Position numbers and translations under genes: made by a program
Notes under the pieces: generated by a model
Database searches by the model: none
Told to the model about the DNA's origin: nothing
Seen by the model: only the letters and a program-made list of their open reading frames with translations
In this document: positions 24,567-35,384 of the stretch, in pieces
How positions within the stretch are numbered: position 1 is the first letter of the stretch
Layout: every line of letters starts with the position of its first letter
Source: Squalus acanthias
Taxonomy: Eukaryota
NCBI GenBank assembly: GCA_030390025.1
Contig: CM059431.1
Span: 106,332,001-106,396,000, forward strand
Length of the DNA: 64,000 bases
Direction: 5' to 3'

Positions 24567-25311
24567 GGCCCGAAAATTAGACCTAATACGCGAGAGTACG
24601 CACTGTGTACTCTCGCGTTTTAGGTCTCCAATTGCCGGTTTCTAGCATGCACTACGCATGCGCGGGAAACCGGCACTTCGTGAACTCAAAAGGGGGCAGT
24701 TCCTAAGTGAACCGCGTGCGCGCTACAGGCTGCGCGCACGCAGTGCACTTAGTGCTTTGAACGCGCAGGTAAGCATGGAAGATTTTGCACATAAAGAAAG
24801 GAGGCGTAAGACCCTCTTTTAACAAGGTAAGTAGTTAATTAAGTATTATTTAAAAAAAATTTCAACAGGTTTATCTTTTTTAGAGACTTTAAAGAAAGGT
24901 AAGTTTATTTTTATAACTTTTAAAAAGATTTTAAATGTTTTCAAAAATTTAATTTTTTGTTTAAAGTGGTTAATTTATTTAACTATACTTATTTTATTAA
25001 TGTGATGGCTTTTTAAAAAAAATTTAATTGAGGTTTAGCTGTTCTTTTGGGGGGGTATAGATTCATAGCTTTGACAGGTCTTCCTGTCAAAACTATGAAT
25101 GAAAGATGGTGTGCTGCCATTGGCTCTAACTGAATCACGTGATCCCAGAGCTCGCACGAACTAACTGCGTCTCTGGCTCACGCAAGCACTGCACAGCTGC
25201 AGCCTTGAAACTAAAGTTCGTGTGAGCCCGGAGGGAAAAGGTAGGCGCGCAGTGAGATATCGCGGGGAAGCCTGACCCCCGCAGGAACGCTCCGTGTTTA
25301 ATTTCTGGGCC
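24567..25311. mobile_element. Harbinger-like MITE with several internal hairpins
   Basis: TIRs GGCCCGAAAATTA / TAATTTCTGGGCC. Confidence 0.6.
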
Positions 25312-26620
25312 AGAACATCGAGACCAATTGTAGCACTCCTCCTGCCGTCCTGGGACACCTCACTCAGCGCAGAGTGAGATCGAGACTGGGACTTCCATGA
25401 TCTTGTGTGGTTCAGCTCCACACAAGATCATGGAACGTGTGCTTACTACTTCAGCCGTTGAGGAAGCACTTCAAAAAAGTTATTGAAAAGCTCTGCAATG
25501 GGAATCAGGAAATGTTGCTTTACAATGAACACAAAAATATTCCACACCGAGTGACCTGTAATTAGTTATCTGAATCCAAGCCAGCCTACGAAAGACCGTC
25601 TCACGAATCCCAAACAGCGAGATTGGTACGAAAGACTGGGCTGTGAAATCAATTAAAAAGTAATATCGTCTTGTTGAGAAGCCACCACTACTCCCTACAT
25701 CAAAGAAAGGAGGGCCTCAAAGCCTTAATTAATCGGCAAAGATACTGACTGTGAATCAGCTGCTCGAACGTAATTAGCTTGAGCAATTCGTCTGGCGAAT
25801 CAAGTACCACAGCTTCATTCCACAAAGAGCCAGTCATCCCGAACATGATAAGTGGAAGGAAGTTCAGTTGTAGGCCTGAGCCACAAGCTGCTGGAGGCGT
25901 CACCAGACATAACAATCAAAGAAAAGAACGACGTGTGTATTCGGGGAAGTGAGCTGCGGCATTGATACACCAACCGGCAAAACCAGCATTATCCTGGCAG
26001 GGACTTCAACCTCCATGAAGTTTGTCCTATTTGAGCTGGTGCGGCCGCACCATACGCTGGTGTGTCCACCAATACAATGTGCCAGCCAGCGGTTGCAAGT
26101 TCCTTACCTTGGGTATGATGTTGGGAGATGCACCCAGCAAAGTGACTTTACACCAAATCATTAAAATTAGTGCTACGAATGACAATGTTATCCTTGCTTT
26201 TTTCATCCAACACCAACATATATACTAGACCCAGTATCTTGGGTTGTATCCTGCAGTCATGAACCTCTCACCCATTTTGATCTACATTAAATTTCAAGGG
26301 ATAGAACTGGACTCAAAGCAGAGTCCTTTAATACGTTACACTGGTAACCACAGAATCTATAATCAGTAAGTCTTGTAACTTCGAAGTAGAATTTGGCTAA
26401 TAACATTATACTTTTCAAATATATATGCAAATCATATTATTGCCTTTGTAAACTCCTAATAAAATAAATGTTTCCCAGAAATAGATAACACTCTGCAGTT
26501 ATAGGGTAATCCCCTTCATCATGTGACTAACCAACTTTTAATGTTGACAGCTTTGTTGAATATTTGGGGCAAAACCATTCAGAATAATTTTGAAGCCTCG
26601 GATTGAATCCCTAAATAATG

Positions 26621-26796
26621 AGGTTATAGTCCAACAGTTTTATTTGAAATTACGAGCTTTCGGAGCGCTTCACCTGACGAAGGAGCAGCGCTCCGAAAGC
26701 TTGTGATTTCAAATAAAACTTTTGGACTATAACCTGGTGTTGTGCGACTTCTCACATTTGTCCACCCCAGTCCAACACCGGCATCTCCACATCATG
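26621..26796 (+). mobile_element. Penelope-like family B fold-back mini-insertion (copy 1)
   Basis: 49-bp inverted arms 26621-26669 / 26687-26735; tail ...CCAGTCCAACACCGGCATCTCCACATCATG; TSD CCTAAATAATGA at 26610-26621 and 26797-26808. Confidence 0.85.
26670..26706 (+). ncRNA. Minimal type I hammerhead ribozyme motif
   Basis: TCAC-CTGACGA-A-GGAGC/AGC/GCTCC-GAAAGCTT-GTGA: conserved core, stem II, palindromic stem III, stem I TCAC/GTGA. Confidence 0.8.
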
Positions 26797-27687
26797 CCTA
26801 AATAATGAAACCAACTACTAACATTTACCAGAGTGACAGCTTGTCAAAAAATTGAAACATTCATCGGTAGCGCAAAATGGGCGATGGTGAATTGGCAGCC
26901 TGGTTCACACCTCGCCCGATTTCCTTTTGCATTCCATCGCCCAGGTTACTTATCCGCTGGAAAGCTGCCAGGAACTCACTGTCCCGAAATTTTACGTGCT
27001 GGACTGAGCAGGAGTCAAGGAGGCCGGCTCAAAGCCTTCTTTGCGTGCGCATGTCAGGTCCCGATGACATAATCGGGCACCTGACTGCAATCTTAACTGG
27101 TGGCCTGAGCGGGGCAGCCAGTGTAGCTTTCCCACCAGGTCAAGACAGTGGGAAGTGGCGACTGAGCCAGAAGAGGCCCAAGCAGATGCAATTTTTTTTT
27201 TAATTTCCCCGTGGGTCAGAAGGAGCAGGATGGCTCTACAAGGAAATCCTAGGCCTCCTGTGCCACCAACTCCCCCCACCCGAATGCAATATCCCTACAA
27301 GATGTCCCACAAAGCCACCTAAGAAAGGGGCGGGCTTGTCGGCCTGGCGGTACTTAAATGAGGTTTGGGAGTTAAAAGAGCCCGGGCCGCATGTTGTAGG
27401 GTTCTCAAAATTCCCACATTCCCCAGAGTTATTAATAAGGGGTACCCTAGACAAAGTGGCTTCTAGACCTCGTGGCAGAAGCCTGCGACATTGAACAGAA
27501 ACCAGGGCCCTGCAAAAACAGCAGGCCAGGTGACATGCCTGGGTCTGTAAGAGAATTGCGAAATTCCCAGACCCCCAATAGACTCAGAGGAAAAGAGAGA
27601 GACCCTAAGAAAAAGGGGCTTTGGACATTTTAAAACCAATTGAGTGTATTGGACCAGGGACATTTTTAAACATGCCTGGGCAGATCT

Positions 27688-28680
27688 CACCCTTCCCTCA
27701 CCTTCACATGGTCCATCTCCGACTCTTCCCTTCCCTTCCTCGACTTCTCCATCTCCATCTCTGGGGATAGGTTATTGACTAACATTCACTACAAGCCCAC
27801 TGACTCCCACAGCTACCTGGACTACACTTCCTCCCACCCCGCCTCCTGTAAGGACTCTATTCCATTCTCCCAGTTTCTCCGTCTCCGCCGCATCTGCTCT
27901 GACGATGCCACCTTCCATACCAGTGCTTCCGACATGTCTTCCTTTTTCCTCAACCGAGGATTCCCCTCTACCGTGGTCGACACGGCCCTCGACCGTGTCC
28001 GTTCTATCTCCCGCACTTCTGCCCTCAACCCTGCCCCTCCCTCCCGGAACCACGATAGGGTTCCCCTTGTCCTCACCTTTCACCCCACCAGCCTCCACAT
28101 TCAACGGATCATCCTCCGCCATTTCCGCCACCTCCAGCGTGATCCCACCACCAAACACATCTTCCCCTCACCTCCCCTTTCAGCATTCCGTAGGGACCGC
28201 TCCCTCCGCGACACCCTAGTCCACTCCTCTACCACCCCCAGCACCCCTTCCCCTTCGCCCGGCACCTTCCCGTGCACGCGCAGGAGATGCAACACATGCC
28301 CTTATACCTCCCCTCTTCCCACTGTCCAGGGCCCCAAACACCCCTTCCAGGTGAAACAGCGATTTACTTGTACTTCCTGCAATTTAGTATACTGTATTCG
28401 CTGCTCACAATGTGGACTCCTCTACATTGGGGAGACCAAACGCAGATTGGGTGACCGCTTTGCGGAACACCTCCGTTCAGTCCGTAAGGGGGACCCCGAG
28501 CTCCCGGTGGCCTGTCACTTTAATTCACCGCTTCACTCCCACTCTGACCTCACCGTCCTCGGCCTATTACACTGTTCCACGGAAGCGCAGCGTAAGCTCG
28601 AGGAACAGCACCTCATCTTTCGTTTAGGCACGCTACAGCCCTCTGGACTCAATATCGAGTTCAACAATTTTAGATCATAA
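27688..28680 (+). CDS. 5'-truncated Penelope ORF: RT thumb region, Cys-rich linker, GIY-YIG endonuclease
   Basis: Uninterrupted frame from HPSLTFT...LPFLD...YKPTD..YL.Y.S.HP; CTRRRCNTC linker; LVYCIRCSQCGLLYIGETKRRLGDRFAEH; E..L...GLN motif; no start codon, so probably not expressed. Confidence 0.85.
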   Translation, partial: HPSLTFTWSISDSSLPFLDFSISISGDRLLTNIHYKPTDSHSYLDYTSSHPASCKDSIPFSQFLRLRRICSDDATFHTSASDMSSFFLNRGFPSTVVDTALDRVRSISRTSALNPAPPSRNHDRVPLVLTFHPTSLHIQRIILRHFRHLQRDPTTKHIFPSPPLSAFRRDRSLRDTLVHSSTTPSTPSPSPGTFPCTRRRCNTCPYTSPLPTVQGPKHPFQVKQRFTCTSCNLVYCIRCSQCGLLYIGETKRRLGDRFAEHLRSVRKGDPELPVACHFNSPLHSHSDLTVLGLLHCSTEAQRKLEEQHLIFRLGTLQPSGLNIEFNNFRS

Positions 28681-28960
28681 CCTCAGCTCCAATCACATTT
28701 ATATTTTATTTTTTCCACCCTTTTATTTGTCCCCCCCCCCACCTTTTTTTTTCCTCCTAGAAGCTGGCAGCTGTCCTTCATTCTGCCAGTGGATTTCACA
28801 CTTCATTCAGCCTTAATCTGTCACATTAACACCACCTCTAGCCTTGTATATCTCTTAATGTCTCTTAATGTCTCTTCATCTCCCCCTTTGTTCCTTTATC
28901 CCCTCCCCCTTTTCCCAGCTTTACCCTGGCCTTAAATCTATTTGATTTCCGGCTCTTCCC

Positions 28961-28997
28961 AGTTCTGATGAAAGGTCATCGACCTGAAACGTTAACT
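28961..28997 (+). ncRNA. Minimal hammerhead ribozyme motif (family A)
   Basis: AGTT-CTGATGA-A-AGGTC/ATC/GACCT-GAAACGTT-AACT. Confidence 0.75.
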
Positions 28998-31534
28998 CTC
29001 TTTCTCTCTCCACGGATGCTGCCTGGCCTGCTGAGTTTTTCCAGCGTTTTCTGTTGTTATTTCGGATTTCCAGCATCCGCAGTATTTTGCTATCGTACAA
29101 ATGAACAACCATCAGACCAGCAATCATCCTCCACTTAACAAATATTTAATATCGTTAAAGGCCATCTCCTGCCATTAAAGTTAACGACCTTAACGAGCCC
29201 ACCAGAATTAAACAAAGCACTGGGAAGATTTGGCGGGCAAATAAGGAACAATCGAAGAGTATAACTTGAGACCTGTGCTGGAACAAGGGGGAGTTCTACA
29301 GAGATGAGACTGGCAGTTTTGCAGCCTAGCAGTTTAAAACAAGCTGTTCAAGTCGCACAGACAGACCACAAGCAGGACAGCTGAAGCACAGGAGTTCTCC
29401 AGTACACAGTTCAACAGAAAACAAGACCGTTCAACAAAGAAGGCCAGCAGCTCCAGAAACCGACCGACACGCAAGAGGAAACCAGAGCCACGGTTCCAGT
29501 GACCATCAAACACCTCGAGGCACAAGGGCCTTATGAAACTTTTACTTAAAAGGACTTTAAACTATATCTCAACTGTCAAAGGATTCGTTTGGTGAGCATT
29601 ATCCCTGGTCCTCAAGAGTCTAACTTAGCTAGTAAAGTGGGGTTGGGAGGGGTGAGGTATTGTTCTACTGTTATTTCCCTCGTTTGTACCGAAGTTAAGA
29701 TTGACATGTTATGTTTCATCTCTGTTAAATAAACATTGGTTTTCCTTGCACCAATCCACAGGTCTGTTCGTTTGTCCTTATCGCCGCTCGATAAGTCCTG
29801 GGCTCAGAACTAGGAAGTGGATAGCGATTCGCAACCGCACAACGGGCAGGACAGTCCAGGAAAACATAACTGGCTGACCTACAAATAAGCCCGAGACAAA
29901 AAACCCTTACAATGTCTGAAGCAGCACATGAGTTTCCAACTCTCCTCGCTACCCACCCACCCGAAACCCGCTCGGAGTTAAAATCGGGGCCCGCTAGTTT
30001 TTGAAGTTTGATTCATTACTAAACAGATTTGAACTCGGTTAATTCGAGTTATCTGAGCAGGTAAATTGAACAGTTGAGCCTGATTAAATTCAAACATCGA
30101 CACAACAGAGCAGTCAGTCCTCGGAAAACAAATCCTGACGTTAATAATTTATGGAAAAGACTGCAGGAGCCTAGCTATCCCAATGGTTCAGTTGGTGAAG
30201 GAGGCAAATAGACCAGAAGGCCTTTCGTTTGAAAGTCTGCGGTGAGTTAGCAGCTCTGAGCGGGGTTGACAGCTGAGGGATCACAACTGACTTCACCTCC
30301 CCTGGATTGGGATTGGGAAAAATCAGTCAGGGCTCTTGCTGCTGATTGCTCATCCATGGCCACCCGCTGGGAAATGCATGAATGTGGGGACCAGAAGGAG
30401 CCTGTCAATCACAGAACTGTATCCCAGGAGCAGTCGGTGGTTGGAGGAATGGAGTAAAGGGAAATATTGGCATACACAAAAAAAACCTGCAGTATCTCAA
30501 GAGGGACTTCTAGCTTTTGCATCACATATATAAGACAATATCATATTAGAAGCATAACCTGCTGTGTAGAGGTGGGAACGAATAGATGTAACAGGTGTGC
30601 AGACTGAACGAGTGATGAAATACCTCCGTGATGGTTGCCAGGTTACTTTGAGCCACTTTCATTTGCTGGGGTGTTTTTTTTGGGGGGGGAAGAGAATATT
30701 GTAAAAATGTTACTTTTTTTTCTGGGACTGAACCAATTTCTTGCATTTATATAGCGCCTTTAACATAGTAAAACGTCCCCAAACGCTTCACAGGAACAAA
30801 ATGTATTACCAATGGGCAGCTTCATAATATAATCATGCCATTAATGAACCGAACGAGATCCTTTGTTTTCAGGTCTGATAAAGTATATTTGCAAGGCAAT
30901 GTTACCCGAAGACATTATGTCCTAGTAAGGCTTGGACCTTCACAAACCCCCTCCTCCCGAATTTCAGGAGAAGCTGTTACGTGCTTTAGGCAACAGACAC
31001 TGAAGTTCAAGGAAGATTCTGAAACCCAGCAATAATTCAGCTGATAGAAAGGCACAACAGGGGGTACTGCACAATGAGGATGATCGATTTTTAAATTTAC
31101 TCCGATTTAGAGACGTGTGTATTTCACGCTTAACAGCAAGATAAAACAATCATATAGGAAGGTGCCATGAAAAAAAAAACACACACCCGGTATTTCGGAA
31201 GCAAAATAAGACAAGGGGGTTATTCCAGTGTTTTAAGTGGGAACAACTCTGTGGACGATTACAATACTGGCGGTGTTTAAGTGCTTGACGCAGTGAACCT
31301 GACAGCAGATGCAGGTGTGCAGCAGCTTGACAAGGATTCAAACTGTTCCTGAAACTGGCAATTTATCGAGCGGCTAGTTCCTGTGGGGCACCGCAGAAGT
31401 AGCCAATCAGGACCTTGTCATTTATTTCACTTTAGTTATTACAAGGGTAAGTCTCTAAAAAAATTTTTAAAAAATGCACCAAAGCACGAGTGAAAATAGT
31501 GTGGGCAATTAATTAAAACAGGCAGAGTCCCAAC

Positions 31535-31650
31535 TTTTTCCAGTTCTGACGAAGGGTCATCGACCTGAAACGCTGACTCTGTTTCTCGCTCCACAGATGC
31601 TGCCAGACCCGCTGAGTGCTTCCAGCATTTTCTGTTTTTTTATTTCAGAG
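31535..31650 (+). mobile_element. Penelope-like family A 3' module with hammerhead
   Basis: CAGTTCTGACGAAGGGTCATCGACCTGAAACG...GATGCTGCCAGACCCGCTGAG..., homologous to 28955-29065. Confidence 0.8.
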
Positions 31651-33432
31651 TCCTGACGCTGACTGTTCCTCACAGGCACTTTTCTTTTTACAGATGTCAC
31701 TATTGTGATGAGTTCATCACGTTGTGGCTGAGAATCAAGCTGTGGCCTCTGAACCGATTCACTTTGTTCACTTGTATCTTTTCTTTATCTTTTGAAGTTT
31801 TCCTGCCCATTATCTTTTCCCCTTTGGTTCTCCTTTACTCCTTGTTTCTGTTTGAACTCTTTCTCCCATTTAATGTATTTGCCTGTTTCTATTCTTTCCT
31901 CCTCTGATTTGCTTTTTAATATTCCCACCTTCTGTCTTTATTTTTTGCTGAACACCGTTTCTCGCAGTTCTGCCCCTTGCCCTTGATGTCTTTCTTTTTC
32001 ACACTATCTCTGTTTCAGTTTGTATTACATGTTACTCCTGTCACTCAGTATCTGTCAGCGCTTTCCTCTGATTATGGTCCTTTTGAACATCACATCTTGC
32101 CCTTACTGCTCCTATATTCCAATTATCTGTCTCTCTGCTGCCTGCTCTACAGGGTTGAGGGAGAGTCAGTCTCGCAGTCTTTGCGGAGCTGCTACTGAAT
32201 CTCGGGTTTTATTGAAGCCAAGATAGAAATCAGTGGGCTGGCGACACGGCATCGAAATCCGTCAAGTTACTGAATAACTGATCTCCCCCCCGCCACCCAT
32301 GTTACTGAAGGGAAGCATCAAGTGAAAACCAGAGATAGTCTCATTCCTGGGATTTTCTGGGTTGTCCAAACCAAAATAGCTCTGACTGAGAGATGGGCGC
32401 TGGTCACCCACCTCTCGAGAAAAATTAACACTTAAGGCTTTTGAACCAGAAAATGGTTTTATTTACGTGAGACTAATGAATGAACAGTAAGCAGTATGGC
32501 ACAGTGAAATATATCTTTATCTATTCTTCAATTCATGCTTGTGTATCTGGCTGGATTTTGGGGAACCAGAGATATTTTGTTCTACCACGGCCAATATGAC
32601 CACTGAGTGATTTCTCAGGGACATCCGAGAGGAGAGATACAATGAGGTTCGCTCTTTTACCAGGGTGATAATTCAGCACACGATAGAGATTCTGGTATTA
32701 TACCCAGTCAAGAGGAGCCTTGCAGTCCTTCCCTTCAGGGCTCTCCAGGATAACTGTGGTGGGCTACATGCTCCACAACTTGACTCTGACCAAAGGAATA
32801 GACATTCAGGTGCCTCATTAAGAAATTCCAGATGGGCGAGCCCATGCAACGATAGTATTCATATTAGATAGTGTTTAGTCATGATGGTCCAGTCATCATG
32901 GTGTGGGGCAGGCTTGATGGACCAGCTGGTCTCTTCCTGTGTGTTATTTTTCTATGTTCATCTCTCGCCGATGGTCATGACAAATGGAGACCAGAATTAG
33001 GGACCGAACAAAGGGAATTTATCCTCATTTAAAAAAAGATAGGAATTAGAAGAATGAGAGGTGATCTCATTGAAACATGTAAAATTCTTACAGGGCTTGA
33101 CAGGCTAGATGCAGGGAGGATGTTTCCCCTGGCTGGGGAATCTAGACAAAATTGAGAGGTCGCACAACACCAGGTTATAGTCCAACAGTTTTATTTGAAA
33201 TCACAAGCTTTCGGAGCTATCGATTGCTCCTTCCTCAGGTGAAGTAAATTAGATACAGAATCGCCAAAGCATATATAGATAGAAAACAAAGCATGTGTAC
33301 CTTACAATTGCAGACCACTAAATTAAATCATCCTGACTATCTGCCGAGGTGTGATAAAGTTAATTAAGTCAGCCAGGAAGGTACCACATCAAAGACATAG
33401 CAAGATACAACTGAGACAATGAGGTGTAGTCG

Positions 33433-33939
33433 CAGCCGCCTAACCTCAGAAGTACCATCGTTCGCAGCAAATTACCCAGCTTTCAGGATAACAGCGACCA
33501 CGACACCACACAACCCTGCCATGGCAAACTCTGCAAGACATGCCAGATCATCAACACAGATACCACCATCACACGTGAGGACACTACCCACCAGGTACAT
33601 GGCACATACTCATGTGACTCGGCCAACGTTGTCTACCTCATACGTTGCAGGAAAGAATGCACCGCGGCATGGTACATCGGCGAGACCATGCAGACACTGA
33701 GACAACGTATGAACGAGCACCGCGCAACAATCGCCAGGTAGGATTGTTACCTCCCAGTCGCGGAACACTTCAGCAGTCAAGGACATTCAGCCTCGGATCT
33801 GCGGGTAAGCGTTCTCCAAGGCAACCTTAGAAACACACGACAACGCAAAATCATCGAGCAGAAACTGATAGCCAAGTTCCGCACTCATGAAGACGGTCTC
33901 AATCGGGATCTTGGGTTTATGTCACGATACATGACGTGA
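33433..33939 (+). pseudogene. Penelope GIY-YIG endonuclease C-terminal fragment with one in-frame TAG
   Basis: Manual translation: QPPNLRSTIVRSKL...PCHGKLCKTC...CDSANVVYLIRCRKECTAAWYIGETMQTLRQRMNEHRATIAR*DCYLPVAEHF...IEQKLIAKFRTHEDGLNRD; TAG at 33739-33741. Not shown in the ORF track. Confidence 0.9.
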
Positions 33940-34269
33940 TCCGGACTCGAGTCGTCGTTAGCTTGTTCACAGATGTGATTCCCAGTAAAAAAGTAAAAAT
34001 TTTCCCAGTAAAAAAGTAAAAATTTTAAAGCTTTTCGTTTTACATACAGACGGCAGCTTTTGACACGTTAGAACCCCTGCGACTACACCTCATTGTCTCA
34101 GTTGTATCTTGCTATGTCTTTGATGTGGTACCTTCCTGGCTGACTTAATTAACTTTATCACACCTCGGCAGATAGTCAGGATGATTTAATTTAGTGGTCT
34201 GCAATTGTAAGGTACACATGCTTTGTTTTCTATCTATATATGCTTTGGCGATTCTGTATCTAATTTACT

Positions 34270-34311
34270 TCACCTGAGGAAGGAGCAATCGATAGCTCCG
34301 AAAGCTTGTGA
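34270..34311 (+). ncRNA. Minimal hammerhead ribozyme motif (family B); mirror copy on the minus strand at 33201-33242
   Basis: TCAC-CTGAGGA-A-GGAGC/AATCGATA/GCTCC-GAAAGCTT-GTGA. Confidence 0.8.
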
Positions 34312-35384
34312 TTTCAAATAAAACTGTTGGACTATAACCTGGTGTTGTGCGACCTCTCAATTTTGTCCACCCCAGTCCAACACCGGCATCTCCGCATCAT
34401 GGGGAATCTAGAGCCAGGGCTCACAGTCTCAGAATAATGGGTCGGCCATTATGGACTGAAATGAGGAGAAATTTCTTCATTCAAAGGGCTGTGAATCTTT
34501 GGAATTCTCTACCCCAGAGGGCTGTGGATGCTCAGTCGTTGAGTATATTCAAGGCTGAGATCGATAGATTTTTGGATATTAAGGGAATCAAGGGATATGG
34601 AGATAATGCGGGAAAGTGGATTTGAGGTAGAAGATCAGCCATGATCCTATTTCTTATGTTCTTATGTCCATAAAAAGTGTTTGTGCCGCTATGGTACAAA
34701 CTTGCTATGCCCACCACCCATGGTGGCATGACAGCTTTGATGCCAGGTGCTCGAGAAACCAGGACTGCCCAAAAACGTGTCAATACCCCTTTAATTAACA
34801 GTCTGAGGTTCCCCACATTTCTCCAATTGTTCTTCTCTGCTTTAAAAACACAAAGAGAATTACACTTGCAGCTAAGATGAATTGTCAGCTGTACCACATC
34901 CAAGAGTGCTACCTCTTAGAGTTAGGTAGTTTTGCACTACGGGAGGCAAACTTTACACCTAAGGAAGTCCTTGCCCACTGCCAGCGTGCATCAGAAGACC
35001 ACCGGCAGAGTAGTGGCAATTTTCTGGTATGCACTGGTGACAGCTGGGGAGAGACGCAAAATCGGCAGTGCTTAGTAAGAGATAAACCACTCAACATAAG
35101 CATGAAGCATTCTTTATTGAGAGACCAACCTGAACAGGACAAGGCCATAGAGTGAACGGAGTAAAAGGGAGAGCAATGTAAATCAAGGAGTGGTGATTAG
35201 GCAGCGTCAAGCTTCATGATAAAAGTCTTCAGATTGTAATTAATGGAAAGAATGAAAGACATAAGAACTTGCACAATCTTTTAAGGGCCTGGGAAAGACT
35301 GAGCTTGAATAGAAGGCACTGCAATGAGTCTTAATTTCAGCATAATAAGGATACAACAACAATTTGCCTTTATATAGTGCCTTT

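Larger units (their letters stand above)
27688..29091 (+). mobile_element. Penelope-like retroelement family A (Neptune-like), 5'-truncated
   Basis: RT C-terminus plus GIY-YIG ORF, pyrimidine-rich 3' UTR, hammerhead motif, terminus ...CAGCATCCGCAGTATTTTGC. Confidence 0.9.
27395..29911 (+). mobile_element. Solo LTR (~1.1 kb without the nested Penelope)
   Basis: Termini TGTAGGGTT...AACCCTTACA; 4-bp TSD ATGT (27391-27394, 29912-29915); AATAAA near 29728. Confidence 0.7.
26980..29992. mobile_element. Putative Harbinger-like MITE hosting a solo LTR
   Basis: Right end GAGTTAAAATCGGGGCCC; degenerate left end TGTCCCGAAATTTTAC; GC-rich sequence continues on both sides of the LTR. Confidence 0.4.
33147..34400 (+). 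mobile_element. Penelope-like family B fold-back insertion (copy 2) with 291-bp inverted arms
   Basis: Arms 33145-33435 / 34077-34367; GIY-YIG fragment between them; 33-nt tail; TSD TGGGGAATCTAGA at 33134-33146 and 34400-34412. Confidence 0.92.
33040..34667 (+). mobile_element. CR1 LINE 3' fragment interrupted by a Penelope fold-back insertion
   Basis: CR1 sequence ...GATGTTTCCCCTGGCTGGGGAATCTAGA resumes at 34401 (RAHSLRI...RNFFIQRAVNLWNSLP). Confidence 0.85.

Noticed and set aside
25447..25555. Possible minus-strand exon (CAG...GTAAGC, one open frame)
   Set aside because: Weak polypyrimidine tract, unrecognisable peptide, no partner exons
33739..33741. Selenocysteine recoding as in some Naiad Penelope elements
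   Set aside because: The stop is TAG, not TGA, and is not at an evident Cys motif position
33147..34400. DNA transposon with 291-bp TIRs
   Set aside because: The right arm is followed by a 33-nt unpaired tail before the TSD, the cargo is a Penelope GIY-YIG, and arm lengths differ between copies
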